Part shown: positions 7,273-17,600 of the stretch, piece by piece
Position numbering within the stretch: position 1 is the first letter of the stretch
How the letters are laid out: each line of letters opens with the position of its first letter
The notes under the pieces: model-generated
What the model was told of the DNA's origin: nothing
Seen by the model: the letters and a program-made list of their open reading frames with translations, nothing else
Database searches by the model: none
Assembly: GCA_020635995.1 (NCBI GenBank)
Contig: JACJYS010000001.1
Location: 155,543 to 219,542, forward strand
DNA from: Chitinophagales bacterium
GTDB taxonomy: Bacteria; Bacteroidota; Bacteroidia; Chitinophagales; UBA8649
Direction: 5' to 3'
DNA length: 64,000 bases
Position numbers and translations under genes: made by a program

Positions 7273-10053
7273 CTATTCCAGCAAAAATGCAATATCTTCT
7301 TCGCTGAGTTGTTTTACAAAGCCGTCTTCTTCTTTAATTAATTCATCGCTTACAAACTGCTTTTTGCTTTGTAGCTGAATGATTTTTTCTTCTATGGTAT
7401 TTTTGCAAATCATTTTGTAGGCAAACACATGTTTATCTTGCCCTATGCGGTGCGTACGGTCTATGGCTTGCTGCTCAATGGCGGTATTCCACCATGGGTC
7501 AAGCAAAAACACATAATCGGCAGCAGTAAGGGTTATCCCCGCATTGCCCGCCTTTAACGATAATAGAAAAATAGTAGTATGATTTTGCTCACTTTGAAAC
7601 TCCTCTATCATTTCTGCACGTTTTTCTATGGGTGTTTCGCCACTTAAATGAAAATGATTAATATTGCGTTCATTCATTTCCTCTGCAAGAATTTTAAGCA
7701 TGCTGTTAAATTGCGAAAATACCAACACTTTATTGCCTTGCAGATTGTTTTCAAGTTCATTTAGCAAGCGTTCCATTTTAACCGATTTTGCCGTTCCTAT
7801 TTCTGCATCTTGCACCAGTTGTGGCGAATCGCAAATTTGTTTTAACTTGGTAATGCCTGCCAAAATACCCATTTTACTGCCGCTAAACCCTTCATTTTTT
7901 ATTTGTAAAAAGATACTGTCTCTTATACGCACCTTAATATATTCATAAGCATCTTGTTGCTCTTGGCTCATGGTGCACCACATAATACTTTCCGTTTTAG
8001 GAGGCAAATCGGTAGCCACTTGTTTTTTGGTTCGCCTTAAAATAAACGGAGCCGTTAGTTTGCTAAGGACTTCTATTTTTTCTTTATTCCCTTGCTTATC
8101 TATGGGGTTGGCATATTCGTTTCTAAAAAACTCTTGCCCACCCAAAAAATCGGGCAATAAAAAGTTAATTTGGCTATATAAATCAAAGGTATTGTTAAGT
8201 ATAGGCGTGCCACTTAAAGCCACTTTAGTTTTGCTGTGTAGTTGGTAAATAGCTTTGGTAGTTTTAGCTTGCAAGTTTTTTATATAATGGCTTTCGTCCA
8301 GCACCAAGGCATCCCACATAACGGCAGAAAACTGTTCTATATCATTGCGTAAAGTGGCATAGCCTGTTATTAAAACTTGTGCTTCTTCACTAAAAAAATC
8401 TTCTAAATTTCTTTGCGAACCATGATGAATGTATGTACTTAAATGAGGAGCAAATTTTTCTATTTCTTGCTTCCAATTATAAATTAATGATGAAGGACAA
8501 ACTATTAAAAAATGAGCATCCGTTTTTTGCTCTTGCAAGTGGGCTAAAAAGCTAATGGTTTGTAGGGTTTTTCCTAAACCCATATCGTCTGCCAGGCAAG
8601 CTCCAGCTTGTATTTCACTTAATAAAACAAGCCATTCATAGCCTTTTTGTTGGTAAGGACGCAAGGTGGCTTTCAGTTTTTTAGGTTCGGGAAAACACTT
8701 TTCCTCCTCTTGCCATTTTTGCCATTTGCCCCACCAGTTTTGCGAAATTTGTTTTAAACCCACATTTTCTTGCACCAAATCTTTATTGGCAAAAACTATC
8801 CATTGCGGAATTTCTATTTCATTGTTTTTTAATTTGCCGTGCTTTATTAGCGTACCATATTTTGTTTTCCACTCATCTGTTAATACGCCTAAGCTACTGT
8901 CTTTTAATAAAACATGCGAACTATTGCTCAATAATGCCTTACGCAAATCTTTTAGTGCCACTTTTTCTTTGCCAAAGCTCACTTTCATAGAAAAAAATAG
9001 CAAAACACCTTCTGTTTTAAGTAGCTTGCTTTCGGTTTCAATAGGGTGTTCGGAAAAACGAAAATGCTGCATAAATTCCATGCCTAAAATATTGCACTCT
9101 TCATCTAAAAGTTGATGATAAACCTTTAAAAACCAATCTTTCTTTTTAGCATCGGCAAAAGATAGGAAATAGGAATTATTAAACTGCTTGGCAAAATTTG
9201 GGTGTAGCGACTGCAAGTGTTTGCTAAATGTTTTTTCTACAGTTTCATTGCGAACCACCTTATATTCTTTCCCTTTAATGTTAAACATTTTGTAGGGATG
9301 AAATTCGCCTTCAACGGTAAATCCATCATAAGAAAACTGCGGATTTAGGGTTAAAAACTGCCCACTTATTTCGCTTAAATAAACGGCTTTTTGTGGTTCT
9401 ACATGTATTTCTTCTATAGGAAAACAGTTTGTACGATTTACTTTGTGGGTTTGTTCTATGGGTACAATTACGTTTTCTAAAAAGAGCTTGGCATCGTGCC
9501 GAAATTCTTTTTGGTTTATTTCAGAAAGTTTGTTGAACAACTGTATCTCATTACTACTTGCCACATACCATTTATTGTTTAAGCGGAGCAAAGCACCCAA
9601 CTGCTCAAAATCATCTAAATTATACCATTGATTGTTAATTTGAATGATGCAGTTAAGATTATACACGCCATTTTTGAGGGTGGCTTGCACTTCTATTTGC
9701 GGTTTTTCTGCTTCAATGGTGGCTCGCTGCGAAATATACCGCTTGCCGTTTGTTTCCGCACAGCGTTGGTAAAAAGGCAAATCGGCAATTCCTTGCAGGC
9801 TAAGAAAAGCACTGCGTAACTCTCGGTGTATAATTTGAAGTACAAATGCACTTTGCGTTTTCCGTTTATTAGAATACGTCCATTTTTTGCTAGCTTCGTT
9901 AAAAACGCTTTCAAAATACTCAGCAGAAAGAAATTGAAAATTAAGCGTTTTGCTATTGGCTAAAGTACTTTTAAAAGAATTGAGTTCTTTAATGGTGGCT
10001 TCTGTGGCTTTAAATCGGGTAGGTTTGTTAGGCTCTTTAATTATATAAAGCAC
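7273..10053 (-). CDS. SNF2-family DNA/RNA helicase (RapA/HepA-like, with an N-terminal SNF2-associated region)
   Basis: Motif I DDMGLGKT, motif II LVLDESHYIKN, motif VI QAIDRTHRIGQ. The track start is a GTG at 10053. Confidence 0.9.
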   Translation of the reverse strand: MLYIIKEPNKPTRFKATEATIKELNSFKSTLANSKTLNFQFLSAEYFESVFNEASKKWTYSNKRKTQSAFVLQIIHRELRSAFLSLQGIADLPFYQRCAETNGKRYISQRATIEAEKPQIEVQATLKNGVYNLNCIIQINNQWYNLDDFEQLGALLRLNNKWYVASSNEIQLFNKLSEINQKEFRHDAKLFLENVIVPIEQTHKVNRTNCFPIEEIHVEPQKAVYLSEISGQFLTLNPQFSYDGFTVEGEFHPYKMFNIKGKEYKVVRNETVEKTFSKHLQSLHPNFAKQFNNSYFLSFADAKKKDWFLKVYHQLLDEECNILGMEFMQHFRFSEHPIETESKLLKTEGVLLFFSMKVSFGKEKVALKDLRKALLSNSSHVLLKDSSLGVLTDEWKTKYGTLIKHGKLKNNEIEIPQWIVFANKDLVQENVGLKQISQNWWGKWQKWQEEEKCFPEPKKLKATLRPYQQKGYEWLVLLSEIQAGACLADDMGLGKTLQTISFLAHLQEQKTDAHFLIVCPSSLIYNWKQEIEKFAPHLSTYIHHGSQRNLEDFFSEEAQVLITGYATLRNDIEQFSAVMWDALVLDESHYIKNLQAKTTKAIYQLHSKTKVALSGTPILNNTFDLYSQINFLLPDFLGGQEFFRNEYANPIDKQGNKEKIEVLSKLTAPFILRRTKKQVATDLPPKTESIMWCTMSQEQQDAYEYIKVRIRDSIFLQIKNEGFSGSKMGILAGITKLKQICDSPQLVQDAEIGTAKSVKMERLLNELENNLQGNKVLVFSQFNSMLKILAEEMNERNINHFHLSGETPIEKRAEMIEEFQSEQNHTTIFLLSLKAGNAGITLTAADYVFLLDPWWNTAIEQQAIDRTHRIGQDKHVFAYKMICKNTIEEKIIQLQSKKQFVSDELIKEEDGFVKQLSEEDIAFLLE

Positions 10054-10196
10054 CTTAAACGGATTGTCTAATCGGTTTAAAGATTCGCCATCAAACAGTA
10101 AGGCTTTTTCTACTTGTATTTTTTATTTTGCCATAGGGAAGGCAAAGGTAAGTATAAGGCAGTAAAACAATAAAAAGTATTGTATTTCTGTTGCAG

Positions 10197-10242
10197 TTTT
10201 TTTTAGCCTTGGTGCGTGTCTCACGCACCAAGGCTAAAAAAA
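10197..10242. repeat. REP-like perfect palindromic hairpin
   Basis: T8-AGCCTTGGTGCGTG-TCTC-CACGCACCAAGGCT-A7. The stem halves 10205-10218 and 10223-10236 are perfectly complementary. A degenerate copy lies at 10791-10815. Confidence 0.75.
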
Positions 10243-10404
10243 TATTTATACCAAGACTTTAAACGATGGAGCAAATGTTTCATCTTTAAGGTAATAACAC
10301 CTTGAAGGGCGTAACTATTTTGAATTAGCAATGGGTATAGCTTTTCCTGTGGTCGGCATCCCTGCCGATTCCACTTATTCCGCTTTTAAACGTATCTTTA
10401 AGCA

Positions 10405-10923
10405 ATGTATTTCTTTACAGCTACAGCGAAGGATTGGAAAAACCTTTTTGAAGATGATGAGATAAAAATTATACTTCTTCAATCTATGGAGTGGTTGGTG
10501 ACAAATAAAAAAGTTCAAATACACGCCTTTGTTATTATGCCAAATCATGTTCATATTTTATGGACACATTTAGATGAAACGTATGATATTGGAGCGAGTT
10601 TCAAAAGTTTTATCGCTTCTATGATTAGAAAATATTTGGTTAAACACAACAAACTAAAATTAAATTTGTATATTTCTACTCAAAATGATAGAGAATATCA
10701 ATTTTGGAAAAGACGTTCTAAAACTATAGAAATGCAAAATAGGATAATAGCAGTGCAAAAGGTAGATTATATACACAAAAACCCTTTCAGCCATGGTGCG
10801 TGTCTCACGCAACAATTTTGTAAATTTAAGTGTGGTTTAGGTTCCTCTCCGAGAGACCCTAAACGGGGAAAAAATAACAAGACAGACGCCTTATTTTTTC
10901 GTCAAAACACTCTTAATTTGTAG
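10405..10923 (+). CDS. IS200/IS605-type Y1 (HUH) transposase-like protein, RAYT-like; C-terminus probably disrupted
   Basis: YFFTATA beta-strand, HUH motif PNHVHILW (10546-10554), and catalytic-Tyr motif VDYIHKNP (Y at 10768-10770). These parallel E. coli RayT (WFFTVNL, LPEHMHCIW, VDYIYINPV). Similarity ends where the REP-like sequence begins at 10791. Confidence 0.65.
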   Translation: MYFFTATAKDWKNLFEDDEIKIILLQSMEWLVTNKKVQIHAFVIMPNHVHILWTHLDETYDIGASFKSFIASMIRKYLVKHNKLKLNLYISTQNDREYQFWKRRSKTIEMQNRIIAVQKVDYIHKNPFSHGACLTQQFCKFKCGLGSSPRDPKRGKNNKTDALFFRQNTLNL

Positions 10924-10989
10924 AATTTATATTCACTTACACTAATATATTCGTTTACTTCGTTAATAATTGCTAAATTCGCAAGTTCT

Positions 10990-11589
10990 ATGATAGCGTA
11001 TTTAAAAGGTAAATTAGCTCATAAAACACCTACTTTTGTATTTGTAGAAGTGCAAGGTGTTGGTTATCAGGTTTTTGTAAGTTTACAAACTTACGAAAAA
11101 ATTAAAGATGCCAAAGAATGTGTGTTATTTACCCACATGGTAGTAAAAAATGAAAACCAAAGTGTTTCGGCTTTTTTACTTTATGGATTTTATGAAGAAA
11201 AAGAAAGAGATTTGTTTGAAAAACTTTTATCCGTATCGGGCGTAGGTTCATCTACCGCCATAATGATGCTTTCTACATACAAAACAGCCGAAATTAGTAG
11301 TGCCATAACAAGTGGAGATGTAGGTTTACTAAAAAGTATTAAAGGTATTGGACCCAAATCTGCACAACGAATTATCTTAGAATTAAAAGATAAATTAGAT
11401 AAAATGCCACAATTTGAACAAGAAAAAGGCGTTATAAGCAATACCGTAAAAGAAGAGGCGTTAACAGCATTAGTTTCTTTAGGGTTTAATAAAGCTACTT
11501 GTGTAAAAACAATAAATCAAGTGCAAAGAGATTATCCCGAAGCAGATACTGTAGAACAAATCATTAAACTAAGTTTAAAACTATTATAA
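10990..11589 (+). CDS. ruvA: Holliday junction branch migration complex subunit RuvA
   Basis: MIAYLKGKL...FVEVQGVGYQV start; HhH motifs LLSVSGVGSSTA and IKGIGPKSAQRI; length about 200 aa. Confidence 0.9.
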   Translation: MIAYLKGKLAHKTPTFVFVEVQGVGYQVFVSLQTYEKIKDAKECVLFTHMVVKNENQSVSAFLLYGFYEEKERDLFEKLLSVSGVGSSTAIMMLSTYKTAEISSAITSGDVGLLKSIKGIGPKSAQRIILELKDKLDKMPQFEQEKGVISNTVKEEALTALVSLGFNKATCVKTINQVQRDYPEADTVEQIIKLSLKLL

Positions 11590-11605
11590 CAGGTACTAAA
11601 ATCAA

Positions 11606-14600
11606 GTGAATATTAGAGCATTAATAATATTATTGGTAGTTTTTTGTATAGAAGGAGGAAGGTTGTTGGCTCAAGATTCAACCAATCAAAACCTGCCATA
11701 TCCATTAGAAGAACGTGAGGGCAATTTTTTAACAGACCCCAATCCTAATCCTTTTTATTTAAACGATCCGGAAGCTATAGAAAGAGAAGTTAATTACGAC
11801 CCGGCTACAGATTCTTACGTTATTACTGAAAAAGTAAATGGTAGAAATATACGCCCACCGCAGTATATGTCTTTTGATGAGTATATGGATTATACTTTAA
11901 AAGATGAAAACAAGCAGTATTGGAAATCAAGGACAAACACAGAAAGAAGCCTAAGAGATAAAAATATAGATTTGCCTTTTGAACCAAGTTATAACCCTAA
12001 AAAAGCAGGCGGTATTTTTAGAGGTTTAACTATAGATATACGCCCACAAGGAAATGTGGAGCTAACCTTAGGTGGCAATGTTCAAAAATACGACAACCCA
12101 AGCTTGCCTAAGCGAGCAAGGACACAAGGCGGTTTTGATTTTGATATGAATATCAATATGAATGTAACCGGAAAAATTGGTGATGCTTTATCCATGACAA
12201 TAAAGTATAACAATCAAACCGGTTTTTCTTTTGATAACCAGTTTAAATTGCAATATCAAGGACAAGAAGATGATATTATACAATTAGTAGAAGCAGGAAA
12301 TGTAAGTTTCCCATTGCAAACTCAGCTAATTACAGGAGCACAAAGTTTAAGAGGTATAAAAGCACAGCTTCGTTTTGGAAGGCTTACTATGACCAACGTA
12401 GTGGCAGAGCAGCAATCGCAAAAAAAATCTATTATAGTTGAAGATGGTGCTCAGTTGCAAAATTTTGAAATAAAAGCCGATCAATATGAAAGTGATAAAC
12501 ACTTTTTTTTAACCCAATTTTTTAGAAACAATTACGATAATTCATTAGCTCAAATTCCTAATATTTTATCGCAAGTTAATATAGAAGAAATAGAAGTGTG
12601 GGTTACTAACCGTACAGGGCAAACCAATGGAGTTAGAGATGTAGTGGCTTTTCAAGATTTAGGAGAAACCGACCCATATAGTCCGGCTGTACATCCTTTA
12701 GCCGGCAATACTTTACCCGATAATAAAGCCAATGATTTATATACTACCTTAGTAATGAATCAAAATTTACGATTGAGTAGCAATGTAGCAAGTGGTTTGC
12801 AAAGCCAATATCCTACATTTGAAAGTGTAAGAGATTACGAAAAAACTTATGCCCGATTATTATCAAGCTCAGAATATATTTTAAATAGAGAGCTGGGGTA
12901 TATTTCATTACAAACAGCATTGCAACCCAACCAAGTATTAGGTGTAGCTTTTAAATATACTTACAATGGGCAAGTTTATCAAGTAGGAGAGCTGTCAAGA
13001 AATGTTCCACCGGATTCTTCTTCTGCTTCTGAAGTATTGTATTTAAAAATGTTGCGTAGCTCATCTATTCGTCCCGATTTGCCAATGTGGGATTTGATGA
13101 TGAAAAACATTTATGCCTTAGGTGCTTATCAAATAAGTCAAACAGATTTTAGATTAGACATATTTTATTTAGACCCGGGAGGAGGGCTAAAAAGATTTAT
13201 ACCTAAAGGAAATTTAAGCGACCAGCAGTTAATTCGTGTTATGAACTTAGACCGATTAAATAACCAAGGTGACCCTCAGCCCGATGGATTATTTGATTAC
13301 ATACCGGGAGTAACAATAAACCCACAAAACGGGCGGTTAATATTTCCTGTTGTAGAACCCTTTGGTAGTCATTTAGAACAAAAATTAATAGATGCCGGCA
13401 ATGCCGATTTAGTAGATGATTATGTTTTTAATGTACTATACGATTCCACTTTGTGGGTGGCACAGCAGTCGCCAGAGCTAAATAGGTTTAGTATTAAAGG
13501 AAAATACCAAGGTAGCGGTGGCAATAGAATACAGTTAGGGGCATTTCAGTTGCCCGAAAATTCCGTAACCGTTTCTTTAGGAGGAATAAGACTAACCGAA
13601 GGGCAAGATTATACCGTAGATTATAACTTAGGAGTAGTAACTATTATAAATGAAGGATTATTAAACTCGGGGCAACAAATTAAAGTAGATTACGAAAACA
13701 ATGCTTTGTTTGGTTTTCAGCAGCGGTCATTAATGGCTTCGCGTTTAGATTATAGAATTTCCGACAAAGTTTTTGTTGGTGGTACTATAATGAAAATGAA
13801 AGAACGTCCGTTTTCGCAAAAAGTAAATTTAGGCAGCGACCCTATTAACAATACTATAATGGGCTTGGATTTTAGAATGCAAACCGATGTGCCGTTTTTA
13901 ACCAGAGCCTTAGACAAACTTCCTATTTATAGTACAAAAGAAATGTCAAATATATCTCTGCAAGGAGAAGTGGCACACTTACGCCCGGGGCACAATAAAT
14001 TTATAGAGCAAGACAAAGAGCCTATGGTTTATATAGACGATTTTGAAGGTTCAAGCAGTTCTTACGATTTAAAAGGAAGTCCGCAAACATGGAAATTGGC
14101 ATCTACACCAAAAGGAGCTACAGATAAATCGGGAAATATACTATTTCCGGAGGCAGACCAGTTTAATGATTTTGCTTATGGATTTAACAGAGCCAAGCTA
14201 TCATGGTATAATGTAGATCCTTCTTTCTTCCAAAAAAGTCAAAGTCCGGAAGCGGTTTACAATAATAAACAAGTATTGAGCAACCACTATGTGCGTCCTA
14301 TTTTCCAATCAGAATTATATCCTAATAGAGATTTAGGAAACAGTATAGACCAACAAGTATTTACTTTTGACCTAAACTACGAACCGGAAAAAAGAGGACC
14401 TTACAATTTTGAAGAAAGTAATAGCGGAACAGTACCATACAGTAGAGGTGTAAGACCAGACGGACGATTAATAGCTCCCGAAACACGCTGGGGCGGTATT
14501 ATGAGAGGGATAGACAATAACAATTTTGAAGTAGCCAATATAGAATATGTAGAGTTTTGGGTAATGGATCCGTTTATATACAATGACAATAGCAAAGGAG

Positions 14601-17600
14601 GGCAGCTTTATATAAACTTAGGTAATGTAAGTGAGGATATTTTAAAAGACTCCCGAATGCTATATGAAAATGGCATTAGCAACGACCAAAGCTTAATGGA
14701 TAGCACTACGTGGGGAGTAGTACCACGGGCACAGCCACTTAATAATGCTTTTGATAACAATCCGGACCTTCGCCCTACACAAGATGTTGGTTTTGATGGA
14801 TTAAACGATGATGATGAGCGAACGGAGTTTCAGAGTTTCTTAAATGATGTACAAGTTGACCCACTTCCTAAATCATTATTAGAAAACGATCCGGCTTCCG
14901 ATAACTTTACCCATTATTTAGACCCACAGTACGATAATATGGCAGATATTATTGGGCGATATGTTAACTTTAATAATCCACACGGCAACTCGCCTGTTTT
15001 AGAAGGGAATACATTATACGCAGGTTCTAATAATCCGGATATAGAAGACTTAAACAGAGATAACTCTTTAAACGAAACCGAGCAATATTTTCAATATGCT
15101 ATAGACATGTATCCCGGCATGGATGTAGATAACCATCCTTATATTGTTTCTGTTTCTGAATTTGGACCAGATGATTTTTTTGACGAACCACAACCGGGGT
15201 GGAAATGGTATCAGTTTAGAATACCGATACACGAATATACCAGCAAAGTAGGAAGCATACAGGATTTTAGATCAATACAATATGTAAGAATGTTTTTAAC
15301 TAATTGGGAAGATTCTGTAACACTTCGTTTTGGAACTTTAGATTTAGTTAGAAACCAATGGAGAACCTACTTATATGAATTAGCAGAAGCATCAGAAAAC
15401 TTGCCTGTAGATGAAGATGCTACTTTCTTTAATGTAACACAAGTTAACGTAGAAGAAAACAGCGGTAAAGAACCCGTAAATTATATATTGCCACCAAATA
15501 TTTTAAGAGAACAAGGCGTAGCAAATAATGCAAATACTTTAGTAGCTCAAAACGAACAATCTTTAGCTGCAAGTGTTTGTGGTTTAAAAGATGGTGATTC
15601 AAGAGCGGTATATAAAAATGTAAACTTAGATTTTAGAAACTACAAGCGTGTTATTATGGACATACACGCCAATAGATTTCCGGGCGAAATAATGCCTCAA
15701 GATGGAGCTTTAACCGCATTTATACGTTTTGGTATTGATTTTACAAGTAATTATTATCAAATAGAAACACCTTTAGTATTTACTCCAGACGGGCAATATG
15801 CCGATAACGATGCAGACAAAGCAACCGTATGGCCAGATGCCAACAAATTTGATGTTTCGTTAAGTGAGTTAACGGAAATTAAAAAAGCAAGAAATGCCGC
15901 TGGCTGGCCTAAAACAGTGCCTTATAGTGCAACTACAAGCACAGGAAAAATAGTAACCATAAAAGGTATTCCGGATTTAGGAACACTACAAATAGTAATG
16001 TTGGGAGTAAAAAACCCTTCGCAAAACGATCCGAACAATCCTATACAGGGAGAAGATAATGGAAACGCACAATGTGGAGAGGTTTGGTTTAACGAGTTTA
16101 GATTAAGTGGCTTAGATGAAAGACCCGGTTCGGCAGCTTTAGCCAGTTTATCTATAAAACTTGCCGATTTAGGAAACGTTAATTTCAGCACCAGTATGCA
16201 TAGTATTGGTTTTGGACAAGTAGATATGCAAGTAGATGAAAGATACCAAGACCGTTTTTACTCTTACGATTTTAATACAAATCTTCAATTAGGTAAGTTT
16301 TTGCCGGCAAAAGCTAACATACAAATACCTTTTTATGGCGGTATATCTCAGTCATTTAGCACGCCAGAATACGACCCTTATCAGTTAGATTTAACCTCTA
16401 AAGAACAAATAGCTTCTATAAAAACACTAAACGAAGACTCTGCTTTAACCTATAAGAGGATGATACAAACGCTGGTAACAAGGAAAGGCTTTAACTTTAC
16501 TAATGTTAGAAAACTACCGGGAGAGAAACAAAAGAGACTCTTTTTCTTTAGCCCCGAAAACCTTGGATTTTCTTATGCTTATAATGTAATAGAAAAAAGC
16601 GACCCGTTTGTACAAAGTGATTATGAACAAACACATTTAGGAAAAATAGACTATGCACATAGTTTGCAGCCTAAGTATTTGTATCCATTTAAAAAAGCTA
16701 TTAAAAGCACCAATCCATTTTTAAGTATAATAAAAGATTTAAATGTCAATTTCTTCCCTTCTACTATGGCGTTTAATACACAAATGAATAGGCAGTATGG
16801 AGAGCTTAATTTAAGAACTTTAGAAGGTGATGATTTTACATTGCCTACCACTTTTAATAAGTTTTTTACGTGGGATAGGTCTTATTCTTTTAAATACAAT
16901 CCTTTTAAATCTTTAAGTATAGATTATAACGCTAATAATGCAGCCCGTATAGATGAACCTTTCGGGAAAATAGATACCAAAGAAGAAAAGCAAGAGATTT
17001 GGAACAACATAAAACGTGGTGGTAGAACCACTATGTTTAACCAAAATTTGAATGTAAATTATAAATTGCCATTAAATAAATTGCCATTTTTAGATTTTAC
17101 AAATACTACGGTTAGCTATGGTTCCGGATTCAACTGGATAGCGGCTCCACTGCGTGCTGATGCCGATGGAAATTATATTGAAAATCCACTGGGGAATGTA
17201 ATGAGCAATAACCAGCAACTTAGATTTAACACCGATTGGAATTTTGATAAATTGTACTCAAAAGTGCCTTATTTAAAGAAATTTACAGGAACAAATCCAA
17301 CCGCAGGAAACAAACAAGCCACACAGCAAAAACGTGAAACAGCTGTAAAAGCAAGAGAAAAACTAAAGCAAGATAAAATAGCTTTAGAAGAAAAACTGCA
17401 AGCGGAAAAAGAAGCTTTTAAAGATTTGAAAGCAGAACTAAAAATAGATACTGTTCTTACTAAAAAAGAGAAGAAAGTAGAAAAGAAAACTCAAAAAGAG
17501 AAAATAAAGAGTTTAAGAAAGCAAATAAAGAAGAAAAAATCTGACAGAGCACAAAAGCAAGCTCCTGCACGTATTTTAGAAAACGCCATAATGCAACCTT

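Noticed and set aside
8666-9115. A 149-aa + strand ORF, plus the other antisense ORFs 7664-7948, 7970-8248, 9443-9631, 9628-9819 and 9693-9914
   Set aside because: All lie entirely inside the SNF2 helicase gene. They have low-complexity Ser/Leu/Phe/Cys-rich composition typical of antisense frames in AT-rich genes.
10197-10242. The perfect hairpin interpreted as a rho-independent terminator
   Set aside because: On both strands the stem is preceded by the T-run and followed by an A-run, the wrong polarity for an intrinsic terminator. It also shares its core with a second copy, so it is better explained as a REP element.
7273-10923. SNF2 helicase next to an HUH transposase as a possible defence system (DISARM-like or similar)
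   Set aside because: No partner genes (methyltransferase, PLD nuclease, DUF1998 and so on) are present. The helicase looks like the common housekeeping SNF2/RapA-type protein, and the neighbour is a RAYT-type gene.
17330-17560. A Lys/Glu-rich low-complexity stretch inside sprA, considered as a possible separate insertion or repeat
   Set aside because: It is continuous with the SprA reading frame and has no nucleotide-level repeat unit. Charged coiled insertions are common in SprA-size proteins.
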